From NCBI GenBank assembly GCA_017554565.1, contig JAFZID010000167.1:1-55012 (forward strand): a DNA stretch of 55,012 nucleotides, given 5' to 3'. The notes beneath the pieces were generated by a model. The model saw nothing but the letters and a program-made list of their open reading frames with translations. It did no database searches and was not told the origin of the DNA. Positions 17,969 through 25,508 of this stretch are shown piece by piece. The stretch's first letter is position 1. Each line of letters starts with the position of its first letter. A program made the position numbers and the translations under genes. Source of the DNA: a bacterium (lineage in GTDB: Bacteria > Auribacterota > UBA3054).

Positions 17969-20398
17969 ATGAAAAAAGCGTTTGTTTTGTTTGCTGTGTT
18001 TGCGGCCATGGGCGCCATGGCTGAGACCGCGGTCCTGAGCGCCGCCTACGGCGTTACGACTTTCACTGCCGACGGCGTCACCGGCTATAACACTTCCGGC
18101 GGCGCGGTGACCGGCGCCTTCGACGAGTATTCGTTCCAGGGTTCCGGCGAATCACCCTACGGCATCACCGTAGAAGGCGGTACGCACAAGATCGCTTTGA
18201 CGGACGTGCAGATCGTTTCCAGCAACAGCTTCACTTTCGAGATCAATAGCGGCGCTGTGACGCTGGAACTCAACGGCAGCAACGCCTTCGTTTCCGGCGC
18301 CAGCTGCGGCATCCTGGTTGATCCGGAAGCCAAGCTTACCATTACCGGAGAAGGTTCAGTGACGGCTATCGCCACCGCGGAATTGGAAGACGGAAAATCC
18401 AACGGCTGCGCTGGCCTGGGCGGCTATGCTGGGGAAAACAGCGGAGCCATCGTAATTGAGAGCGGCACTGTTTACGCCCGCGGCGCGGTCTATGCTTCCG
18501 GTTTGGGCGGCGGCGCCCACGGCGTGGCCAACGTGACCATCAACGGCGGATCCGTTTACGCCTTCGGCGGCCATTTCTCCGCCGGCATCGGCGGCGGCAC
18601 GGGCTGGGAAGGCTCGGCCGGGAAGATCACCATATCGGGCGGCTACGTCTATGCGGAAGCCAATAACGGCGCAGGCATCGGCTGCGGCGACGAAGGCGGC
18701 CACAACGACTATCCCGCCGGCACAGTCACCATCACGGGCGGCACCATTGAAGCTTACAGCATGGAAGGCGCGGGCATCGGCACCGGCAACGGGCCTGGCG
18801 ACAGCGGCAGAGGTCCGAAGATCACTATTTCCGGCGGCACCATCTACGCCTACTCCAGCCAGGGCGAAGAGATCGGCCAGGGCAAGAACCACTCCGAGTG
18901 CCCGGATCTCGTCAACGCCAAGAATGAAAAAGTTTACAAAGTGACCATCTTCGGCGCCAAGCCGGAAGAGGGCGGCGTCTTCACCTGCACGGTCAAGAAG
19001 GAAGGCGACGAGAGCTTCTCCTACGTTTACGAAGGCGAAGGACATTCCATGACTCCGGATCTTTACTTCCATCTCCCCAACGGCGAATACACGGTGACCT
19101 GCGGAGAAAACGAATACGTTGGCACCGTTGACGGCGCCGACACTTCCTTCTTCAAGAAAGCCAGCGGTTCCGTAACACTCTCCGTTGAGTATGGCGACGT
19201 TTTGTTCACTTCCTACGGCGTGGAAGGCTACACTGACTCCGGTTCTGCTGTCAAAGGCCTCTACGAGGACTATGAAGTAATAGGCACTAGCGTCGATCAG
19301 TACGTCATCAACGTCAGCAGCGGCGTCCACAAGATCAAACTGAACCACGCTTTGGTCTCCACCACCAACGCCTGCGCCTTCAACATCGAGGCGGCTATCG
19401 TCGAACTGGAACTCACCGGCAGCAACGCTTTCGTTTCCGGCGGAGGATGCGGCATCCACGTCGCCAAGAACGCCTCCCTTACGATCAGGGACGGAGGAGA
19501 AGAGGGTTCCGTGACGGCTATCGCCACCACGGGAGAAGATGTCAGTAGTTACGCCTGCGCCGGCATCGGCGGCGCCGAGAACGAAGCCAACGGCCCCATC
19601 GTTATCGAGAGCGGCTCCGTTATGGCTCAGGGCGCGCCCTACGCCGCGGGCATTGGCGGCGGCTCCCAGTCTCCCGCTGACGTGACCATCAAGGGCGGCG
19701 AAGTGTACGCCGTAGCCGGCGCCTACGGTGCGGGCATCGGCGGCGGCACCGGCTGGGGCGGCTACGCCGGCACCATCACCATCGAGGGCGGCTATGTGGC
19801 GGCCATGGCTTTCAACGGCGCGGCTATCGGCTGCGGCGATGAAGGCGGACACAACACTTATCCCGCCGGCACGGTCACCATCACCGGCGGCACCATCACG
19901 GCGGAAAGCGAAGGCGGCGCGGGCATCGGCGCCGGCTGCGGCCCGGAAGACAGCGGCCGCGGACCCAACATCTACCTTAGCAACTGCTCCGTTTACGCCC
20001 TCTCCGTCACCGGCATGCCTATCGGCCCGGGCACGGCCATGGGCGAATGCCCCGCTCCCCTCGACAAGGAAGGCGGCAAGGAAGTTTACGGCGCGATCCT
20101 TCCCGAGATCCTGCCCGACCAGGAGACCTACCGCACCATCTACGGCGTGAAGCTAAACGACACTTCCTTCGAATACACCTACTACGGCCGCGGGCACTTC
20201 ATCGAAGAAGACCTCTTCTTCCCCTACGGCTCTCTGCAGTTCTATCTGCCCAACGGCAGCTACGTGGTCCAAGGCGAAGACACTCTCCCGTACGGCGGCA
20301 CGGTGAAGGACGCGGACACGACCTTCGAAGTCGTGCCGGAACCGGCCCTCGCGGCCCTTGCGCTCCTGGCCCTGGCAGCCTTCCTCCGCAGAAAGTAA
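17969..20398 (+). CDS. PEP-CTERM-anchored repeat protein, paralog of 15347-17845
   Basis: AGGGGGA RBS and a signal peptide are present. It has the same two-module layout with ten GAGIGGG-type turns. The C-terminus is VVPEPALAALALLALAAFLRRK. Confidence 0.85.
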   Translation: MKKAFVLFAVFAAMGAMAETAVLSAAYGVTTFTADGVTGYNTSGGAVTGAFDEYSFQGSGESPYGITVEGGTHKIALTDVQIVSSNSFTFEINSGAVTLELNGSNAFVSGASCGILVDPEAKLTITGEGSVTAIATAELEDGKSNGCAGLGGYAGENSGAIVIESGTVYARGAVYASGLGGGAHGVANVTINGGSVYAFGGHFSAGIGGGTGWEGSAGKITISGGYVYAEANNGAGIGCGDEGGHNDYPAGTVTITGGTIEAYSMEGAGIGTGNGPGDSGRGPKITISGGTIYAYSSQGEEIGQGKNHSECPDLVNAKNEKVYKVTIFGAKPEEGGVFTCTVKKEGDESFSYVYEGEGHSMTPDLYFHLPNGEYTVTCGENEYVGTVDGADTSFFKKASGSVTLSVEYGDVLFTSYGVEGYTDSGSAVKGLYEDYEVIGTSVDQYVINVSSGVHKIKLNHALVSTTNACAFNIEAAIVELELTGSNAFVSGGGCGIHVAKNASLTIRDGGEEGSVTAIATTGEDVSSYACAGIGGAENEANGPIVIESGSVMAQGAPYAAGIGGGSQSPADVTIKGGEVYAVAGAYGAGIGGGTGWGGYAGTITIEGGYVAAMAFNGAAIGCGDEGGHNTYPAGTVTITGGTITAESEGGAGIGAGCGPEDSGRGPNIYLSNCSVYALSVTGMPIGPGTAMGECPAPLDKEGGKEVYGAILPEILPDQETYRTIYGVKLNDTSFEYTYYGRGHFIEEDLFFPYGSLQFYLPNGSYVVQGEDTLPYGGTVKDADTTFEVVPEPALAALALLALAAFLRRK

Positions 20399-20417
20399 GC
20401 GCTCCCGCGCTCAACGC

Positions 20418-20450
20418 AAAAAGGCTCTCCTTCTCAGGAGAGCCTTTTTG
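20418..20450. terminator. Bidirectional rho-independent terminator between convergent genes
   Basis: The 13-nt arms AAAAAGGCTCTCC / GGAGAGCCTTTTT have an A-run on the left and a T-run on the right. Confidence 0.7.
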
Positions 20451-20488
20451 TTGCCATGATATTCGTAGCACGAAACTTATTAAATCAA

Positions 20489-20546
20489 ATTTAGATTTAC
20501 GGGGGGTGTTTCGTGATTTACGATTTAGATTTATGGGGGGGTGTTT
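20489..20546. repeat. Two copies of ATTTAGATTTAYGGGGGG(G)TGTTT, 34 bp apart
   Basis: Direct reading places the copies at 20489-20511 and 20523-20546, in the convergent intergenic region just 3' of the SpoU-family gene. Confidence 0.6.
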
Positions 20547-20548
20547 GC

Positions 20549-21151
20549 TTATTGGCGCTTGTTGCGCTTGGGCTCGTCGGCGAGCCAGCGGGAGAGGATC
20601 TCGGACTTTTGCGCTTCGGAGAGGGTGCAGCCTGGCAGCTCTTTGCGCAAACGCGGCAAGAGGGCCCCTAGCGAGGCCGCGAAGGCCGCCGAGATGTTCA
20701 GACTCTCTACGAACCCGTACATGGGGAGAAAGGCCTTTAAATCGCATTCAGCTAAGCTTTCCTCCCCTACGCCCCTATGCTCGTTGCCGAAGATTATGGC
20801 GAGAGGGCGGTCTAGGGGCAGTTCGGGAAGGGGGAAGACTTTTTCTCCGTCCTTGGGGAGGGCGGTGGCGACGATGAGGCGGCCTTCCTGACGGAGAAAG
20901 TCGAAGCACGACCTGTGCGAATGCCAGAACTTGAGATCGAGCCAGCGCTCGCAGCCTTTGGAGATCTTTCTTTCCAGCTCGAATTTTTCGCTGGTGGTGA
21001 TGATGTGGACTTCCTGGAGGCCGAAGGCTTCGCAGCTTCTAAGTACCGCCGCGAAGTTATAGGGGTCGTAAACGTTGTCCAGGACGGGAACGCAGTAATC
21101 AGTCCTATTTTCCAGGACCGCTTTGATCTTTTCCAAACGTTCCGGGGTCAT
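20549..21151 (-). CDS. SpoU/TrmH-family RNA 2'-O-methyltransferase
   Basis: The protein is 200 aa. SPOUT motifs are VLDNVYDPYNFAAVLRSCEAFG, IIFGNEHRGV and LPMYGFVESLNISAAFA. The start abuts the stop of the upstream gene. Confidence 0.85.
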   Translation of the reverse strand: MTPERLEKIKAVLENRTDYCVPVLDNVYDPYNFAAVLRSCEAFGLQEVHIITTSEKFELERKISKGCERWLDLKFWHSHRSCFDFLRQEGRLIVATALPKDGEKVFPLPELPLDRPLAIIFGNEHRGVGEESLAECDLKAFLPMYGFVESLNISAAFAASLGALLPRLRKELPGCTLSEAQKSEILSRWLADEPKRNKRQ

Positions 21152-22402
21152 TTATTTCCCCTGCGTGAAGAAGAAGGAGCGACGGTAGGTCCTGCCGTCC
21201 CGGGCTTTAATTTTTATGGCGCAGGTGACGTGGGCGTCGTTTTTGGGGGCTTGGAACACGAGCGTGTTGCCGTCCAATCGGAACTGGGGATGCTCGTGGT
21301 TGCAGCGGATGGTCATTTCCCCGCCCTGGCGCCAGGCTTGGAGCATTTCGTCGCTGAGCGTAAGGCGGCATTCCGTTCCCTGTATCCTGGCTGATCCCCC
21401 GTCGCCGGGAGATTCTAAGCTTGCTTCCGCGCAGGGCTCAGTGAGCCAGGAGGCGAAAGTGGAAAGAGAGGTGCTTTGGTTGACCTGATAGCGGGAGAGG
21501 AGGTAGGGATCGCAGTCTTTTGAGTTTTGCCCGGCGTTGACGGTCGTGGCGGTTTCAAAGTCGGCTTTGTCAAGAAGCTTGAAGCATTCCTCGCTGTAGT
21601 AGCCGTAGGGGTAGCAGAAGTCCGTTATCTTTAAGCCGGTTTTGTCCTCTATGGTATTTTTCGCTTCTATGATCTCTTCTTTTAGTCTGGCGGCGTAGGC
21701 TCTGTCGCTTTCGCCGCGGTTTTTTGTCAGCTTCGGGTGCGTCATAGAGTGGCAGCCTACCGTATGGCCTCTCTTGGCGAGGCTTTTGATCTGCTTCCAG
21801 TTCATGGCGGCGCTTCCTCCCACGAAGTCGGGGTAGACGTAGAAGACGCCCCGGAAGCCGTATTTTTCCAAAAGCGGGACGGCGTTCTGGTATTGCGACT
21901 TCCAGCCGTCGTCGAAAGTAAGCATCACGCACTTTTTAGGAAGGCCTATACGCCCATCGCAGTAGTCGAGCCATTCGGCGGGTGAGATGGAATAGTAGCC
22001 TTCCCTTTGCAGATAGGCGAGCTCTTCCTCGAGCTTTCCTCTAGAAATTATCATGTCGCCCGCTTTGTCGTTCCTTACCTGGTGGTACATGAAGATGGGG
22101 AGCGACGAAGGGCCGTCGCCTTTTCTTGTTTTCGGCTGCGGGGGAGGGGGCGGAGGCGGAGGAGGCTCCGTTTCGCCAAGCTGCTCCAAGTCGGCGGGCG
22201 AGATGTTGGTCCTTTCCGACGCGACGCTTTTTTCGGCCGCTTTGTTTTCAGCGTCCTTTACGACGTCCTCGACGTTAAGGTAATCGCTGACGGCGCTCGG
22301 CCCGGACGCGACGCCCGCGGGTATAGCGTCAGGTGAGGCGCAGCCGAAAAGCAAAAAGGCCGCCAATGCGGCGGCCGCAAAATAAAGTGACCGCCGTGTC
22401 AT
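21152..22402 (-). CDS. Lipoprotein polysaccharide deacetylase (NodB homology domain)
   Basis: Lipobox LLFGC. NodB motifs are LTFDDGW, GCHSMTHP and CYPYG. A run of 9 consecutive prolines forms the linker (nt 22139-22165). Confidence 0.85.
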   Translation of the reverse strand: MTRRSLYFAAAALAAFLLFGCASPDAIPAGVASGPSAVSDYLNVEDVVKDAENKAAEKSVASERTNISPADLEQLGETEPPPPPPPPPQPKTRKGDGPSSLPIFMYHQVRNDKAGDMIISRGKLEEELAYLQREGYYSISPAEWLDYCDGRIGLPKKCVMLTFDDGWKSQYQNAVPLLEKYGFRGVFYVYPDFVGGSAAMNWKQIKSLAKRGHTVGCHSMTHPKLTKNRGESDRAYAARLKEEIIEAKNTIEDKTGLKITDFCYPYGYYSEECFKLLDKADFETATTVNAGQNSKDCDPYLLSRYQVNQSTSLSTFASWLTEPCAEASLESPGDGGSARIQGTECRLTLSDEMLQAWRQGGEMTIRCNHEHPQFRLDGNTLVFQAPKNDAHVTCAIKIKARDGRTYRRSFFFTQGK

Positions 22403-24804
22403 TCTTTCCTCATCACGAACCCGTTTTTGATCTCGATCAACTTGAAGCCGCTGAGATCTTCCTCGCTGTCGTCGGCCAGGATCACATTGAAGGGGCAGGA
22501 TATCGCTTCAATAAAGCCGGTAAGAGTCGCGTTGCCGCCCCGGAATTCGATGCTCGTTTCGGCTTCCAGCGCAACGTCGCCGCTGGCGGTGAAATTGCCG
22601 GATTCCATTAAGAATTCATCGCATTTCACGCATCCAATGATTTCGCCTTCCCGGCCTTTCAGCGTCGCGGTCTCCGCTACGACTCCGAATCCGCTTCTTA
22701 TCGTTTCGGCTAAGATGTAGCAATTGTTGGCCAGGAAGTCTTTGCAGGCAAGGGCTTGCGTCAAACTGGTGGCTTTGAGTTTCGTTTTGGTAAGCGAAAT
22801 GGTATTGTCGCACAGGAAGGCGTTGGTCTCCTTGGAGAAGATCTCGCACACGCAGTCGTTAAGATATACGTTGGTCAGGAAGGAGGCGCTGCCGGTGATG
22901 TTAAACTCGGCATTTTTAGCTTTCGTCAAGCCCTGGACGGAAACGGCGTCGCCAAAGTCGTCGGGGGCGAGCGTCGCTATGCCTCCCGTAATGTCGGCGT
23001 TCCCGTAAACGTCGAGGCAGGAGCCGAGGTCCAGCCTGGAACCAGAGGACAGCAAGTTCCCGAAGACGCGCAGGGAGTAATCGCCGGCGCTCCCGACCGT
23101 CACTTGCGAATCGAAGAGCCTGGCGTCGTTGCTTATTTCCAGCGTGCCGTCCGCTGTGACTGTGGAATCCACGAGCTGCAGATTGCCGTCCGCCATCATG
23201 GCCAGATCGTCGTTGGCGTTAATGTTGAGAACGCAGTTCGTCAGCGCGATATTGCCGCTGGCGACGTAAAGCATGGCTGTGTCGTTTTCGTCGTGATGGA
23301 AAATGTTTATTACGGAATCTTTTCCGTACATGTTTCCGGAGAAGATCGACAGCTCTGCGTCCGCCCCCTCTTTCGTAACGTTCAGGGTTATGTTGGAGAA
23401 GGCTAATTCGCCGTAAGAGTGGTCGAAGGAGCCTACGGTGAGAGTCGCGTTCTCGCTGCCGAAGAAGCGGATGTTGCCGTAGCCGGAGTCGAAGAGATCC
23501 CTAACTGTGTTTTTGGAGTTTGGTTCCAAAAAGACTTTGAGATACCCGTCGCAGTAGATGTTCGTGCCCTGGAAATTATTCAGGTAAAGGGAGCCGTGCT
23601 GGTATTTCCAGCCCGGACCTTCCTTGTTCAGCATGGCGCTCTTTCCGTCAATGAGAAGCTCAAAGGGCGCGGAGATGTAGTACTCGTTGTCAACTATGAC
23701 TTCCGGCATGTCGTCCGCATTGAAGCTGTCCGTCTCGTTCAGGAGCATGGCGCAGTCTCTGTGCCCGAGGGCGGTCTCCGGCCCGCGGAAGACCACTCTG
23801 CCGTAGCCAAGGAAGTTGCAGAAGCCGTATTTGCCGCAAAGGGAGTGATCCATGCTCTCGAAGATGTTGGTGGAGCCGTAGGGGCTCATGATGTCAAGGC
23901 CGCCCTTGAACTCGATCTTCTTGCCGCGGTAATTGTACAGCACCAAAACGTCGTTGGTGAACAAAAAGCCGTCGCCCTGCATGCCGTCCGTTATTTCCCT
24001 GCCGTCCAGCTTCAGCCATTTCACGCCCAGCTCCCGGTTGCTTCCCGGCACCACCCATTTCCCCACGGGGTCCGTTATCTTGTAGTTCAGGGCCCAGCTT
24101 TTGGCGTTGAAAGTGACTTTTACCTTGCAGCCGTTGGTCAGGGACACGCCGCCTTTATAGACGATATTGTTGGCGGTCGCAAGATCGACGGTGTCGCCTA
24201 TGAACCACCTGTTGGTCTGCATGGAGTAAAGGCCCATGTTGATCTCGTCGTCAACGATGTCGAAGCCTTCGGAGAAGGGCTCCGCCAAGGTCGATTTGTA
24301 CATCAGTTTGGAATTTATGGCGCTGACGTTGACGGGATAGATCGTATCGTTGTAAACTAGGCAGTAGTCTAGTTCCGAATATTCCTTCTGGGGATAAGCG
24401 TAGCTGAACTTTCTCTTGTCCGGGAAATAGCTGACGGTTGGATCGTCCTCGTCCTTGTAATACCAGGAGTTCTTCTTGATGTTGAAGGGCAGTTCGGCGT
24501 CCGTGCCGACTTCCGGTCCTTCCCACATGTTGTAGCAGACAAGCTTGGCGCCCCGGGCAACCAGATTCGTGAAGATCTTGATGCCGGGATAATAGATGCC
24601 CTTCGGCGGGATGGTCGTAAAGTTCGTTATGACGGTCATTCCCACCACCCAGCCCTTCAGGTTGGATGTGAACTTGCATTTCACCTGCTCAGGGTGCACG
24701 GTCCAGTCGTGCTTAGCCTGGGCGTTGGCGGCGCAAAGCGCGGCGAAAATGAGCATTAAAGCAAATCGTCGCATGCTTAAGGGGTGGTGGGTGAGAGATA
24801 TCAA
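22399..24804 (-). CDS. Secreted hypothetical protein (about 800 aa) with a beta-helix-like C-terminal half
   Basis: The signal peptide MRRFALMLIFAALCAANAQA begins at an ATG at 24774. The ORF-track start at 24804 is a TTG overlapping the upstream stop. The C-terminal half has repetitive G/N/D-rich strands (GNIALTNCVLNINAND...). No family recognised. Confidence 0.7.
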   Translation of the reverse strand: MISLTHHPLSMRRFALMLIFAALCAANAQAKHDWTVHPEQVKCKFTSNLKGWVVGMTVITNFTTIPPKGIYYPGIKIFTNLVARGAKLVCYNMWEGPEVGTDAELPFNIKKNSWYYKDEDDPTVSYFPDKRKFSYAYPQKEYSELDYCLVYNDTIYPVNVSAINSKLMYKSTLAEPFSEGFDIVDDEINMGLYSMQTNRWFIGDTVDLATANNIVYKGGVSLTNGCKVKVTFNAKSWALNYKITDPVGKWVVPGSNRELGVKWLKLDGREITDGMQGDGFLFTNDVLVLYNYRGKKIEFKGGLDIMSPYGSTNIFESMDHSLCGKYGFCNFLGYGRVVFRGPETALGHRDCAMLLNETDSFNADDMPEVIVDNEYYISAPFELLIDGKSAMLNKEGPGWKYQHGSLYLNNFQGTNIYCDGYLKVFLEPNSKNTVRDLFDSGYGNIRFFGSENATLTVGSFDHSYGELAFSNITLNVTKEGADAELSIFSGNMYGKDSVINIFHHDENDTAMLYVASGNIALTNCVLNINANDDLAMMADGNLQLVDSTVTADGTLEISNDARLFDSQVTVGSAGDYSLRVFGNLLSSGSRLDLGSCLDVYGNADITGGIATLAPDDFGDAVSVQGLTKAKNAEFNITGSASFLTNVYLNDCVCEIFSKETNAFLCDNTISLTKTKLKATSLTQALACKDFLANNCYILAETIRSGFGVVAETATLKGREGEIIGCVKCDEFLMESGNFTASGDVALEAETSIEFRGGNATLTGFIEAISCPFNVILADDSEEDLSGFKLIEIKNGFVMRKE

Positions 24805-25490
24805 ACGTTGAAGCGTATCTCTATGATGCTTCCGTCTTCAATTATATAATTTTTGTCCACTAATTTCACTAGGCCTTTCTTCTGGGCCTCCGACATATTG
24901 AAGACCGTCATGAAGTCCTCGAAAGAAACCACGTCGGCTTTGATGAAGCCGCGGGCCAGGTCGGAATGGATCTTCCCGGCGCAGGTCACGGCGTCCGAGC
25001 CCAGGGGCACGGGCCAGGCGTGCACTTCCTTTTTGCCGGCGGTGTAGAAGAACATGATCTTCGCTTTCTCAAGGCAGAGCCTGATGGCCTCGTTGACGTC
25101 CGGGGCTTCCTTCACGATGACCGTGGGCTTGTAGCTCAAAAAGGCCAGGACCGTCAGGATCTCCTTTTCGGCGTCCGTGAATTCGGCGTCGCAAAGAGGC
25201 TTCTCCTCGTTCAGGATGTCGCGGCATTTCTCTAAAAGCGCTTTCTCCTCGGCGCTCTCCGCCCTCTCGAGTCGCGTCTCGATCTTCTCCATATCCTCGA
25301 TAAGGAGATCAAGGATGGCGTCTTCCAGGATGATTATGGCGTCCGCGTGCACGAATTCGTCCTTGTGCAGCTCCGCGAAGAAGGGGGAGTATTTGTCGGG
25401 TTTGAATTTTTCCTGCAGCGCGAGCAAGCGCTCGTCGTTGTATTTTACTTTGCCTTCGGGGTAATTCAGTTCATGAAAAGCGATCTTCAT
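24801..25490 (-). CDS. YchF-like protein that lacks the P-loop and retains the coiled-coil and TGS/DUF933 C-terminal region
   Basis: The C-terminus FFYTAGKKEVHAWPVPLGSDAVTCAGKIHSDLARGFIKADVVSFEDF...DGSIIEIRFNV aligns by eye with the E. coli YchF C-terminus (FTAGVKEVRAWTI...GKIHTDFEKGFIRA...DGDVMNFLFNV). The N-terminus MKIAFHELNYPEG has no GxxxxGKS/T. Confidence 0.7.
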   Translation of the reverse strand: MKIAFHELNYPEGKVKYNDERLLALQEKFKPDKYSPFFAELHKDEFVHADAIIILEDAILDLLIEDMEKIETRLERAESAEEKALLEKCRDILNEEKPLCDAEFTDAEKEILTVLAFLSYKPTVIVKEAPDVNEAIRLCLEKAKIMFFYTAGKKEVHAWPVPLGSDAVTCAGKIHSDLARGFIKADVVSFEDFMTVFNMSEAQKKGLVKLVDKNYIIEDGSIIEIRFNV

Positions 25491-25508
25491 ACAATTGCCT
25501 TAATTTAT

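Noticed and set aside
20047-20877. A 276-aa plus-strand ORF and the 20199-20747 minus-strand ORF span the 3' end of the PEP-CTERM gene, the terminator and the SpoU gene.
   Set aside because: The translations are Arg/Pro-rich junk. The ORFs cross a strong bidirectional terminator and overlap well-supported genes in other frames.
22756-24360. Two long plus-strand ORFs (216 and 313 aa) run antisense to the 801-aa secreted-protein gene.
   Set aside because: They are GC-driven shadow ORFs rich in Val/Ala/Gly, with no RBS or motifs.
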